A stretch of 64,000 bases of DNA from Candidatus Saccharimonadota bacterium (lineage in GTDB: Bacteria; Patescibacteriota; Saccharimonadia; CAILAD01; BJGX01), in NCBI GenBank assembly GCA_016191105.1, contig JACPPH010000008.1, positions 2,667-66,666 of the forward strand. Reading direction: 5' to 3'. The stretch's first letter is position 1; each line of letters begins with the position of its first letter. A program made the position numbers and the translations under genes. The notes under the pieces are model-generated. The model was not told where the DNA came from, searched no databases, and saw nothing but the letters and a program-made list of their open reading frames with translations. Shown one piece after another: positions 30,207-40,758 of this stretch.

Positions 30207-30655
30207 GCCAGCTGAGTGTAGCCCAAGCCAAACTCCAAGAACTGCTAAGGCTACTAAATATTGAGGCCACGGTTGAAGTTGACGACGATGAGGAGCACCC
30301 CACATTAATGATTGATAGTGCCGATCAAGCGCTTTTAATAGGCCGCAACGGCGATAACCTGCGAGCGCTGCAGCATGTTCTGAATGTATTATTGCGGCGC
30401 GAGGGCACTCCAGAGGGCTTTGTGGCTATCGATGTGGCTGGTTACAAAAAAGAACGCACCGAAAAGCTCAAAGCCATGGCTCAAGCCGCCCTCGAAGAAG
30501 CCGTTAAGGGCAACAAAACAGTTCGTCTTAAGCCTATGAATGCTTATGAACGCCGGCAAGTACACATGTACCTGGCCGACAGCGCCGAAGTAGTTACCGA
30601 GAGTGAGGGCCAAGAGCCACACCGCATTGTGGTTGTCAAAAAAAGACTCTACTAA
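30203..30655 (+). CDS. jag: Jag/KhpB RNA-binding protein (KH + R3H)
   Basis: LIGRNGDNLRALQ; PMNAYERRQVH. Confidence 0.9.
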   Translation: MSQLSVAQAKLQELLRLLNIEATVEVDDDEEHPTLMIDSADQALLIGRNGDNLRALQHVLNVLLRREGTPEGFVAIDVAGYKKERTEKLKAMAQAALEEAVKGNKTVRLKPMNAYERRQVHMYLADSAEVVTESEGQEPHRIVVVKKRLY

Positions 30656-30675
30656 ACGGTCTAAAAGCCTGAACA

Positions 30676-32046
30676 ATGGCCAACGAAATCACAGATGCCA
30701 CAATCGTAGCAATTGCCACGCCCCCAGGCCGGGCGGCAATTGGCATAGTTAGAATTTCGGGCCCAAAGACCGCGATGGTTCTTAAGAGAATTTGGGTTAC
30801 AAAAGGCCAAAAGCTCGAGCCCAACAAACTAACAGTCGGCTGGGTTGTGGACGGTAGCACCAAAATAGACCAGGCCATGACGGCTTATATGCTCGCACCC
30901 AATTCTTATACCGGCGAGGACATGGCCGAAATTCATTGTCATGGCTCGCAGATAATTTTAAACACCATACTTCAATTGTTAATAAAAAACGGGGCCAAGC
31001 CAGCCGAAGCCGGGGAGTTTACCAGGCGAGCTTTTTTAAACGGCAAGCTCGACTTAGTACAGGCCGAGGCCGTGGCCGATCTAATAGAGGGCGAGAGTAG
31101 CCAGCTAGCTAAATTGGCCGCTTTTCAGTTGGCTGGCGGATTGTCGGGGGAAGTTAACGGTATAAAAGAGGTTTTATTGGGTCTGGCTGCAGTCACTGCT
31201 GCCAATCTCGACTTTAGCGAAGAGGATTTAGAGGCTTCGACTTATTCAGACCAGCTCGAGCAGATAAGTGGCCTGCTTAAAACAACTCATCACTTGCTTG
31301 ATTCGGCACGATCGCTATCGCTAATTCGCAATGGCTTTCGCGTGGCCTTAATAGGGCTACCAAATGCCGGTAAGTCCACGCTTTTAAATGTTCTAGTAGG
31401 TTATGAACGGGCGATTGTAACCGACGTAGCTGGTACCACCCGTGATACCATAACCGAAACCATTGCTTACAAGAATCTAAGCTTTCACTTTACCGATACT
31501 GCAGGGCTAGCCGAAACCGACGACGTGGTCGAAAAGCTTGGGGTGCAGCGCAGCCAAGAGGCGATCAAAAGCTCGGATCTGATTCTTGTTTTGGTTGCGC
31601 CTGGTAAAGAAGAAGCGACAAAAAAGTATCTTGAGCGAGAGGATCTTCTCGACAAACTTGATACAGATAACAGTCTCATTCTCCATACCAAGTGGGATTC
31701 GAACTCTCATCCAAACAATGTAAGCCTAGGTAAGATTCCTTCGATAAATATCTCGGCTAAGACCAAAAAAGGGCTCAAAGAGCTGTTAGATGCTATCTAC
31801 AAAAAAGCCGCTGCTGGGCATGACCCAAATGCCGTTTTGCTGCTTACCAATCGGCAGGTATCGGTTGTAGCCGATCTGTACCAGAAGCTCAAGGAGATTC
31901 AAACAGTATTAAAACAAGGCTTACCGGGTGACATTTTGCAAGTTGAGTATCAGCGAGCACTGCGGATCATTGGCACGCTCACCGGCGACCATGTAACCGA
32001 GGAGGTTATAAGCGGCATCTTCAGCCGCTTTTGCATAGGCAAATAG
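30676..32046 (+). CDS. mnmE: tRNA modification GTPase MnmE
   Basis: TIVAIATP, GLPNAGKS, GTTRD, DTAG, FCIGK terminus. Confidence 0.97.
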   Translation: MANEITDATIVAIATPPGRAAIGIVRISGPKTAMVLKRIWVTKGQKLEPNKLTVGWVVDGSTKIDQAMTAYMLAPNSYTGEDMAEIHCHGSQIILNTILQLLIKNGAKPAEAGEFTRRAFLNGKLDLVQAEAVADLIEGESSQLAKLAAFQLAGGLSGEVNGIKEVLLGLAAVTAANLDFSEEDLEASTYSDQLEQISGLLKTTHHLLDSARSLSLIRNGFRVALIGLPNAGKSTLLNVLVGYERAIVTDVAGTTRDTITETIAYKNLSFHFTDTAGLAETDDVVEKLGVQRSQEAIKSSDLILVLVAPGKEEATKKYLEREDLLDKLDTDNSLILHTKWDSNSHPNNVSLGKIPSINISAKTKKGLKELLDAIYKKAAAGHDPNAVLLLTNRQVSVVADLYQKLKEIQTVLKQGLPGDILQVEYQRALRIIGTLTGDHVTEEVISGIFSRFCIGK

Positions 32047-32067
32047 TAGTTCTGGTATTATAGAGAC

Positions 32068-32670
32068 ATGATCACACTCGAAGAAGCTAATAAAAAAGCT
32101 GAGGCTTTGCAAAAAGATGGCCGGGCTTTACTGGATCAGTATGACACTCTAAGCCTTCTGGCAAGACTTGGCGACATTCATGTTGATGGAAGCTTTGCTT
32201 ATGGGCTTATGGTAAAACCAGACATCGATTTTCATATTTATTCTAGCTTTCCAGACATTCGGAAGGTTTCAGAAGTTTCTCAAAAACTCCTTGAAACCCC
32301 AGAGCTAGTTAGAATATTGGTGTCCAACAAACAAGATTATTTAGAGCCCGAAACAGGGCACCCAAAAGGCATTTACTTAGGATTTCGGATATTCTACAAA
32401 GGCCAGGCCTGGAATTTTGATGTGTGGGTTGTGAAGCCGGAGAACAAAGTTGATTCCGAAATGTTTGAGTTCGGCTGGCACAAAAAACTTACTAAAGAAC
32501 AGCGCGACTCAATCTTACTTTTAAAATACAACCTTAAGGATCAAGGTCGATACCCTGGGCTGGACGAAGGTATGTATGCCTCCGCCGACATCTACCGAGC
32601 CGTGATGAAGGATGGTGTGCGGACGATCGAAGAGCTAGATGAGTGGCGCAAGACCCACCCTTATTGTTAG
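32068..32670 (+). CDS. Nucleotidyltransferase-fold hypothetical protein
   Basis: GSFAYGLMVKPDIDF (GS..DxD) and a downstream FDVW. Confidence 0.6.
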   Translation: MITLEEANKKAEALQKDGRALLDQYDTLSLLARLGDIHVDGSFAYGLMVKPDIDFHIYSSFPDIRKVSEVSQKLLETPELVRILVSNKQDYLEPETGHPKGIYLGFRIFYKGQAWNFDVWVVKPENKVDSEMFEFGWHKKLTKEQRDSILLLKYNLKDQGRYPGLDEGMYASADIYRAVMKDGVRTIEELDEWRKTHPYC

Positions 32671-32677
32671 TAGATAT

Positions 32678-33082
32678 ATGACAAAACAAGAGATTGTAGC
32701 TAGCGTTCAAAAACTGACCCCCCCCGGCTCATATGTGCTTTTTGGGAGCTGCTCGCTGGCGGCACTTAATCTACGTGAGGCCAACGACATTGATATGCTT
32801 GTTAGCGAGGACTTGTTCGAAGAGCTCAAGTCAAGCGGCTGGAAGCAAATCTACAAAGGCCCAAAAGACGAACCGGTTACATATGATGCATTTGAAGCTC
32901 ATTCAAGCTGGGGCTTTAGTCCATATAGCCCAACCTTAGGGCACCTGTTGTCTTCGGCAGTAGTGATTGAGGCTGTTCCGTTCGCGGCCCTAGAAGAGGT
33001 GCGCAAATGGAAGCAGGGCAGGCTAAGCACAAAAGACATTCGCGATATCAAGCTAATCGACAATTACTTAGCTAGTCAGTAA
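32678..33082 (+). CDS. Nucleotidyltransferase-fold hypothetical protein
   Basis: FGSCSLAALNLREANDIDML; KDIRDIKLI tail. Confidence 0.6.
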   Translation: MTKQEIVASVQKLTPPGSYVLFGSCSLAALNLREANDIDMLVSEDLFEELKSSGWKQIYKGPKDEPVTYDAFEAHSSWGFSPYSPTLGHLLSSAVVIEAVPFAALEEVRKWKQGRLSTKDIRDIKLIDNYLASQ

Positions 33083-33212
33083 TTGGAAAGTCGAGCGAGG
33101 ATTTATAGTAAGTATTTATGGTGTCAGTCTTAATTACTTTGCCGCTTAGGTCTTGGATGTCGCGATAAAAGACTGTTTGGCTAGGTTTGGTGGTGTCGGA
33201 GCTGCCACTTAC
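33072..33212 (-). pseudogene. Diverged extra copy of the vanW-like 3' end
   Basis: Encodes VSGSSDTTKPSQTVFYRDIQDLSGKVIKTDTINTYYKSSLDFPITD*, matching 33363-33503. Confidence 0.85.
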
Positions 33213-33362
33213 ACAGCTCCTGGCTTTGGGCGTCTACTTTCGTCGGCCATCTCAATAGATGGGGCGCCTATCTTCCTAAACGAGATACGCAAATGGAGAG
33301 CTAGGTGCGGAGCTACCAAGTGCTACAGGCGTTAAAATTAATCGACCACTATCTTGCCAGAA
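33212..33362 (+). pseudogene. Decayed extra copy of the 3' end of the gene at 32678..33082
   Basis: HSSW / GRLLSSAISIDGAP..EIRKW / KLIDHYLA, with frameshifts. Confidence 0.75.
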
Positions 33363-35087
33363 CTAGTTTGCTACTGGAAAATCGAGCGACGACTTATAGC
33401 TGGTATTTACTGTGTCGGTCTTAATAACCTTGCCAGCCAGATCCAAAACATCACGATAAAAGACCGTTTGGCTAGGTTTGGTGGTGTCGGAGTTGCCACT
33501 TACGAAGAACGGACCACGGATAGCCCCTGTCTTAGTCTTGGTGCCATAAAAACTAAACTTTAGAGTGGTGCCGGTCATAGTGGTTTGAATTAGTATATAG
33601 CTGCCGGTATCATTGCGAAACTTCATGTCGACTTGCGGGTAATAAACGGTTGCGTCTACACCTGGCACACCATAAGGCTCGGTGTAGTAGCTAATTGCAA
33701 AGGCGTGGCTAACGCGCTGCACAATAGGCAAACCGGCCAGTAGCGCCGCGCGGTAAGCCGTGCTCGACACTTGGCATAAACCGCCGCCATACTGGAACTC
33801 TTCGCGGTTGCCTAAAATAACTAAACTGGGCAAGTAACCAGTTTCGGGGCCGACTTCGCCTAGGTATTCTCCAAACGAAAAGACCTGGCCAGGCTTGAGC
33901 AATATACCGTTAAAACGAGCCGCGCCCACCCGAATATTTTGCATACGGTTGGCTGATGAACCAGGAAAATAACTTACCCCCTCGCTAATCAACTCCTTTA
34001 TGCCCAACTGATCAATGGTATCGCTGCTAACAGCGGCTTTTTGTACCGATACTGCTAGCTGCACCGGTTGGCTTTGGCCAGTTTTGAGAGCCTCTAAAAC
34101 GGCATCAGTCGAAGCGGCCACATCGAGTTTGCGCCCATCACGACTTTGTACAAACACGCTGGCTTTGCCCCCCTCGATTGTGAGCTGGGCATCTTGGGGC
34201 TCCTGGTTAACTTGAGCGGCTATACTGCCCACAAAGCCTGCGATCTGGTTTTTGTCGAAACCAACACCCGCCTGTCCCAATTGGCGATTGTAAAAGTTAT
34301 TTAACAAACTGGAAGAATAAGGTTTAATAGGCGAGCTAACATTGAGCCAACCGATTAAGGTATTGGCATCTATTGAAAAACTCTTACCAGCTGCACTGAG
34401 CACTAACGGCTTTTGCAGGTATGGCTCAACCAGCTTTGATTCATCTCCGAGCTGACTAGAGCTAAGTTGCGGTTGAAGCGTAGTAGTGTCTAGAACAATA
34501 TCCTTTTTGAGCTGACCAAGTTGACTCTGCAGTTGTAGTGCAGCTAGTCCTAAACCCAACCGCTTACCTGGTTGAGCTGGGTTTACCGCCAGCTCACCAC
34601 CATTGAGCATAAAGCTGGCATTGCTTACTGGCTGGGCGGTCTCATTGGCCAAACTGCTAAGCGCGGTGGCGGCTTGTGGGCTCAAACTTACAGAGCTCAC
34701 CGTTTTATCTGAGCCAAATACAAGCAAGCCAAGCTGATCAAATATTTGGGTAAATGGGTTGCCAATCCGCCCCAAGCTATAAAGATCATCAACCAGTTTA
34801 GCGGAATCATTGCGGCCAATCAGGTCGTTGGCATAATAATTACGGCTGTTGGAGCCTACGGCAACAGTTACCGCCGTACTCTGGTAGGCAGCTACCTGAC
34901 CATCTAGCAACTTAATAGCTTCTTTTTTGGTTAAACCGCCTAAGTAAATGCCGTCGCCATAAACGCCTGGGAATACTCGATTGGCATAGGCCAAGCGCAG
35001 GGCATATAGCAGCGTTAAAGCACCGGCTGCAGCAATTACTGCTCCGATTCCCAATTTAAACCAGATAGATGTTTTTTCTTTGGCCAT
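33363..35087 (-). CDS. VanW-family protein with putative peptidoglycan-binding region
   Basis: N-terminal TM; NRMQNI, GGGLCQVSSTAYRA, GVDATVY. Confidence 0.9.
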   Translation of the reverse strand: MAKEKTSIWFKLGIGAVIAAAGALTLLYALRLAYANRVFPGVYGDGIYLGGLTKKEAIKLLDGQVAAYQSTAVTVAVGSNSRNYYANDLIGRNDSAKLVDDLYSLGRIGNPFTQIFDQLGLLVFGSDKTVSSVSLSPQAATALSSLANETAQPVSNASFMLNGGELAVNPAQPGKRLGLGLAALQLQSQLGQLKKDIVLDTTTLQPQLSSSQLGDESKLVEPYLQKPLVLSAAGKSFSIDANTLIGWLNVSSPIKPYSSSLLNNFYNRQLGQAGVGFDKNQIAGFVGSIAAQVNQEPQDAQLTIEGGKASVFVQSRDGRKLDVAASTDAVLEALKTGQSQPVQLAVSVQKAAVSSDTIDQLGIKELISEGVSYFPGSSANRMQNIRVGAARFNGILLKPGQVFSFGEYLGEVGPETGYLPSLVILGNREEFQYGGGLCQVSSTAYRAALLAGLPIVQRVSHAFAISYYTEPYGVPGVDATVYYPQVDMKFRNDTGSYILIQTTMTGTTLKFSFYGTKTKTGAIRGPFFVSGNSDTTKPSQTVFYRDVLDLAGKVIKTDTVNTSYKSSLDFPVAN

Positions 35088-35167
35088 GGCCCCGTCTTGC
35101 CTCGATAAGCTTGCACAAGTTCCTAACATATTATGTACCTTTTTGCTATCTGGCACAAGCTAAGAAA

Positions 35168-36205
35168 TTACTTAAGATCATTGAGCAGCTCCACACCCTC
35201 TTTAACGAGTTGGCTTTTCGATTTAGGACACACCAAAACGCCATGTGGGCTATCTATAACCACCATTTCATCTAGGCCAAGCGCCATAATTGGCTTATCG
35301 CCGGCAATCACCAAGCTGTCGCTGCAGTCTTTTTGGCAAACTTGGCCGCGAACGACGTTAGAGCCACCATTTTTAAGCAGTTCGTGTAAATCGTTAAAAC
35401 TACCAATATCTGTCCAGTCAAAAGTTCCCGGCACTACCAATGGCTTGTCGAGCTTTTCGATTAGAGCAGTGTCAATGGCCTCGTTGGCCAATCCTAAATA
35501 CAGCTTGTGCAGGGTAGCTTTGCTCTTCTGGCCAGCCAAGCTGCCATAGATTCTATATAGATTTGGCGCAAAGTATTTAAAACTACTTAAGAAAACCTCA
35601 ATCGGTGCCGCAAATAAGCCCAGATTCCACAGGTATTGTTTGGACTTAACATACTTTTTAGCTGTTGGTAAATCTGGTTTTTCAACAAATTTCTCAACAA
35701 AGTAAGCTGGCCGACCGTGCTCAGACACTGCCTCCTTGCCAAGCTTAATGTATCCAAAGCCGGTCGATGGGTAATCGGGCTGAAGGCCGATGAGGGCTAT
35801 TTTTTGGAGTTCTTGTGAGGCCAAAACCGCAGCCTTCACCGACTCTTTAAATGATTTATTGTCGGTTATGTGGTGATCGGCATGTAAAAAAATAATTACT
35901 TCGTTTGGATTGTGCTTTTTAGACAACTGCGATAAAGCCAGCAAAATACATGATGCCGTGCCGCGCCGGCCAGGCTCAATTAGTATGTGTGAGGCCGGGA
36001 GTGTGGGTAGCTGCTTCTTGATTTCGTTGGCATGAGACTTTTCGGTAACTATGTAGATATCTTTGGTAAGGGTCGAGGCGCGTTTGTAAGTATTTTGTAT
36101 TAGTGAGTTATTATCTACTAGGTTTAGTAGGTGTTTGGGGTAGTTTGGTTGAGATAGGGGCCAAAGTCGTGTACCCTGGCCACCAGCAAAAATTACAATT
36201 ATCAT
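35168..36205 (-). CDS. manC: Mannose-1-phosphate guanylyltransferase
   Basis: AGGQGTRLWPLS..PK, EKP, WNLG, WTDIGS. Confidence 0.92.
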   Translation of the reverse strand: MIIVIFAGGQGTRLWPLSQPNYPKHLLNLVDNNSLIQNTYKRASTLTKDIYIVTEKSHANEIKKQLPTLPASHILIEPGRRGTASCILLALSQLSKKHNPNEVIIFLHADHHITDNKSFKESVKAAVLASQELQKIALIGLQPDYPSTGFGYIKLGKEAVSEHGRPAYFVEKFVEKPDLPTAKKYVKSKQYLWNLGLFAAPIEVFLSSFKYFAPNLYRIYGSLAGQKSKATLHKLYLGLANEAIDTALIEKLDKPLVVPGTFDWTDIGSFNDLHELLKNGGSNVVRGQVCQKDCSDSLVIAGDKPIMALGLDEMVVIDSPHGVLVCPKSKSQLVKEGVELLNDLK

Positions 36206-36299
36206 TGGCTTATTATAGCAAATCAATCTCCAGGTTTAGGTCACTTTATATTATCTAGACGGTTATGTTAAAATATAACCCTAAGGGGGACTATTCGCT

Positions 36300-36824
36300 A
36301 TGAAGAGAAACAAAAAGAAAAAAGTTTGGCTAATCGTATTTTGCTTGGGAGCGTTATTGTTGATTTTGCTGGGTCTTGGCTATTGGCAACGCCAACAGGT
36401 TAAAAACCTTGCAAGCAAAATAATTCCTGGTCTTAAACGAAGCGATGCCCCTGTTCAGGTCGACGGTAAACCACAAACCGAAGCCAAAGATCTTGCTGGC
36501 AGCCAAAAGGCTGCCGAAAAAGCCTCTAAGCCAGGAGTGATTAACCCGCAGATAACCACTATCGATCAAAATGCTACAACTGTTATGGTAAGGGCAATGG
36601 TTAACAACGCCACAACTGGCACCTGCACACTCAAACTACAAAAAACTGGCCAAGCAGACATAACCCAAACTGCACCCATAGCTCGGGTAACTAGCTATTA
36701 TGCCTGCCAAGGCTTTAATGTGCCAAAGAGCCAGATTCCTATAAACGGGGAATGGACGGTGACCGTATTATTTGCTAACGACCAAGGTAATGGTCAATCG
36801 GGGGACATTATAAATGTCAACTAA
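36300..36824 (+). CDS. Membrane-anchored hypothetical protein
   Basis: Basic N-terminus plus TM; GTCTL..CQGF beta domain. Confidence 0.7.
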   Translation: MKRNKKKKVWLIVFCLGALLLILLGLGYWQRQQVKNLASKIIPGLKRSDAPVQVDGKPQTEAKDLAGSQKAAEKASKPGVINPQITTIDQNATTVMVRAMVNNATTGTCTLKLQKTGQADITQTAPIARVTSYYACQGFNVPKSQIPINGEWTVTVLFANDQGNGQSGDIINVN

Positions 36825-38955
36825 GAAGAAATTATTCAACATCTTAGCGGCTGGTTGGCTGGTGGTTTCTGTACTAATTAGCTACACCTCTTTTTCGGCA
36901 GCCATCCCTAAGCCGGCCAAGGCGGCCGAGGCATCAGCGTGGGATGCCGGCCGGATTATTGATGACGGCAAGTTTACCGACAAAAACAGCATGTCGGCAC
37001 AAGATATTCAAAACTTTCTAAACTCCAAGGTGCCAACTTGTGACACCTGGCATGCTAGTGGAATATCGGGTGAATCACCACCCTGGACATGCCTTAAGGA
37101 CTATAGCGAGAACGGTAAGTCTGCGGCGCAAATTATATGGGAGGCGGCGCAAAGCTATACAATTAACCCCCAGGTATTACTTGCAACACTGCAAAAAGAG
37201 ACCGGGCTAGTTACTGACACTTGGCCGTATAGGTGGCAATACCGCACCGCTATGGGCTTTGCCTGCCCTGACAATGGTAGTTGCGATCCAGCTTTTTACG
37301 GCTTTACCAATCAGGTTACACAAGCCGCCCGGCACTTTAGAAACTTTTTCGACAACAATCCAAACTGGTATGTGCCCTTTACTCCTGGTGTGCGCTTCAT
37401 TCAGTACAATCCCAATAGTGGCTGTGGCGGTAGTAACGTAAACATTCAAAACCGAGCTACGGCCGCCCTTTACTCATATACGCCGTATCAACCAAATGCT
37501 GCTGCAATGGCAAATTTATATGGTACTGGTGATGGCTGTAGCGCCTATGGCAATCGCAATTTTTGGCGGACCTTTGTAGACTGGTTTGGTTCAACGCGCG
37601 ACGATCCATATAGAGCAGCTTTTGCCGGCCAGTCCGGGTATCCCATTTTAAGTCCAGGCCAGTCTGCCCCTGCTTGGATGCAGTTTAAAAATGTTGGTAC
37701 GCTACCTTGGTACGGAGACAATTCAGTTGGTACTGCCGGGCCGGGTGTTAGCCCTGTCCATCTGGCTACCTCCAAACCGATTAATAGAGGTAGTCAGTTC
37801 AGCTCGACCTGGGCTGGTGGCAACCGCGATCGTCCAGCACTCAACTTCGCAGCCGTTTATGAGGCAGATGGGGTTACGCTGGCTCCAGATCAGAATATTG
37901 CTCAAGTAGGTCAGATAGCCAAATTTAGTTTTACATTCACTGCCAGCCCTACCCAGGGATCTGGTACATTTGCCGAGAACTTTAATCCGGTGGCTGAGGG
38001 GAGTCCTTATGTTTTTAATGATGTTGGTGCCTTCTTGAATGTGTCTGTTAGGGAGGGCTATAAACTTAGTTTTGCTGGTCAATCTGGTTACCCTACTATG
38101 TTGCCAGGTCAAAGCCAAACCGAGTTCATAAAGTACAAGAACGAAGGTGCTGCAAGTTGGTACGATGATACCGCTTTGGGTTCTGCCCCAGCTGGCACCA
38201 AGCCTGTCCACTTGTCTACCGCAAACCCTATCAACCGTTCGAGTCAGTTCGGTTATGCCTGGGCTGGCGGTAATCGCGACCGTCCAGCACTCAACTTCAC
38301 AGCTGTTTATGAGGCAGATGGGGTTACGCTGGCCGATAATCAACACGTTGTTCAGACTGGCCAAGTCGCTAAGTTTAATATCACATTTACTACACCGCTA
38401 GGAACAACCCCAGGGGTATATGGCGAAAGGTTTTTACCGGTGCTAGAGGGGGCAGGACCATTTAACGATATTGGCACATTCTTAAATGTGACTGTTCAAA
38501 CGCCAACCTACTCCCAGTCTTTTGCAGGCCAATCCATCTACCCAACTATTAAGCGCGGTAATTCTTTTACTGGCTTTGTAAATTACAAAAACACTGGCAA
38601 CATGCCCTGGTACGACGATGCTTCGGTTGGCAGTGGCCCGGCTGGTAGCAAACCAGTGCACCTGGCCACAGCTAGCCCCATAAACCGATCGAGCATATTT
38701 GGCAACACCTGGGCTGGCGGCAACCGCGACCGTCCGGCTACCACCTTTGCTGCGGTTTACGAAGCCGATGGCTCCACTCTGGCTGCCGATCAGCATGTGG
38801 TACAGCCTGGCCAGATAGCTAAGTTTAACATTCCGTTTACAACCTCGGGCTCAACACCACTGGGCACCTTCCGTGAAAAGTTCCAAGCTATAGTTGAGGG
38901 CGGGGCAACCATGAATGACATTGGTGCATTCTTGGATGTTACTGTAACCCCTTAG
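36814..38955 (+). CDS. Secreted surface protein: lysozyme-like domain plus three ~150-aa Ig-like repeats
   Basis: INPQVLLATLQKE, AMGFACPD, ATAALYSYTPY, GNRNFW; three copies of FAGQS.YP..HL.T..PINR.S.F..WAGGNRDRP. Confidence 0.75.
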   Translation: MSTKKKLFNILAAGWLVVSVLISYTSFSAAIPKPAKAAEASAWDAGRIIDDGKFTDKNSMSAQDIQNFLNSKVPTCDTWHASGISGESPPWTCLKDYSENGKSAAQIIWEAAQSYTINPQVLLATLQKETGLVTDTWPYRWQYRTAMGFACPDNGSCDPAFYGFTNQVTQAARHFRNFFDNNPNWYVPFTPGVRFIQYNPNSGCGGSNVNIQNRATAALYSYTPYQPNAAAMANLYGTGDGCSAYGNRNFWRTFVDWFGSTRDDPYRAAFAGQSGYPILSPGQSAPAWMQFKNVGTLPWYGDNSVGTAGPGVSPVHLATSKPINRGSQFSSTWAGGNRDRPALNFAAVYEADGVTLAPDQNIAQVGQIAKFSFTFTASPTQGSGTFAENFNPVAEGSPYVFNDVGAFLNVSVREGYKLSFAGQSGYPTMLPGQSQTEFIKYKNEGAASWYDDTALGSAPAGTKPVHLSTANPINRSSQFGYAWAGGNRDRPALNFTAVYEADGVTLADNQHVVQTGQVAKFNITFTTPLGTTPGVYGERFLPVLEGAGPFNDIGTFLNVTVQTPTYSQSFAGQSIYPTIKRGNSFTGFVNYKNTGNMPWYDDASVGSGPAGSKPVHLATASPINRSSIFGNTWAGGNRDRPATTFAAVYEADGSTLAADQHVVQPGQIAKFNIPFTTSGSTPLGTFREKFQAIVEGGATMNDIGAFLDVTVTP
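37615..38950 (+). repeat. Three tandem ~450-bp intragenic repeats
   Basis: Near-identical CCTGGGCTGG(T/C)GG..CG(T)CC..GA(G/A)GC(A/C)GATGG blocks near 37808, 38258 and 38708. Confidence 0.85.
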
Positions 38956-38979
38956 ATCGCAGCTTCTGCTAAAATATAA

Positions 38980-39930
<951 letters not shown>

Positions 39931-39933
39931 GCT

Positions 39934-40758
39934 ATGAACGAGATAGCAATAAAGCCCCGAAAACGACTGGCAATTAACATTAAAGAGCTGTTTGCCTATC
40001 ACGAGCTATTTTTTTACTTTGCCTGGCGCGATGTAAAAGTTCGTTATAAGCAAACTGCCATTGGCATTAGTTGGGCAGTTTTGCAACCATTTGTGCAAAT
40101 GGTGGTTTTTACACTGTTTTTTAACAAGGCTGCCGGTATAACCTCGGGCAACTCGGCTGTGCCATACGCCATTTTTAGTTTTACGGGGTTACTTTTCTGG
40201 AACTTCTTCTCGTCGGCACTGACCCGCGCTAGCAACAGCCTGGTAGATAACCAGGCAGTGGTAACCAAGGTGTATTTCCCAAGGTTAATCTTGCCGCTTT
40301 CCTCTACACTTATTGGTCTAATTGATTTTTGTTTCGCCTTTGTTATTTTTGTTGGATTACTGGTGTATTTTAAATTCCCGCCAACTTGGCAGGCCGTGGC
40401 ATTATTAATACCAGCTCTGCTGATAACGTTCATAGCGGCATCGGGTGTTGGTATGTATTTGGCAGCCGTGAATGTAAAATACCGTGATGTTAAACAGGCT
40501 GTTCCATTTCTGGTTCAAGTGGGGCTGTTTGTAACACCAGTTATTTATCCGGTGACTGCAATTCCACAAAAATATCAGTGGATTCTATATCTAAACCCCA
40601 TGACGGGAGTTATTAACATGATGCGCTCGAGTTTTTTACACACAACACCTATTAATTGGCCGCTAACATGGCTTTCTATTGGTGTGGCCGGACTGTCCTT
40701 TGTAGTTGGTTTAATTTACTTTAAATTTAAAGAAAAAGAATTTGCGGACATAATATGA
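39934..40758 (+). CDS. Polysaccharide ABC transporter permease (Wzm)
   Basis: RDVKVRYKQT, KVYFPR, TPVIYP, LNPM. Confidence 0.92.
   Translation: MNEIAIKPRKRLAINIKELFAYHELFFYFAWRDVKVRYKQTAIGISWAVLQPFVQMVVFTLFFNKAAGITSGNSAVPYAIFSFTGLLFWNFFSSALTRASNSLVDNQAVVTKVYFPRLILPLSSTLIGLIDFCFAFVIFVGLLVYFKFPPTWQAVALLIPALLITFIAASGVGMYLAAVNVKYRDVKQAVPFLVQVGLFVTPVIYPVTAIPQKYQWILYLNPMTGVINMMRSSFLHTTPINWPLTWLSIGVAGLSFVVGLIYFKFKEKEFADII

Noticed and set aside
33072-33503. Diversity-generating retroelement TR/VR pair
   Set aside because: Mismatches are not confined to adenines, are largely synonymous, and no reverse transcriptase is present.
33153-33563. Two similar short plus-strand ORFs (KDxLARFGGVG)
   Set aside because: They are antisense shadows of the duplicated vanW 3' end.
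33363-35087. Vancomycin resistance locus
   Set aside because: A VanW-family domain alone is widespread; no vanHAX/vanRS nearby.
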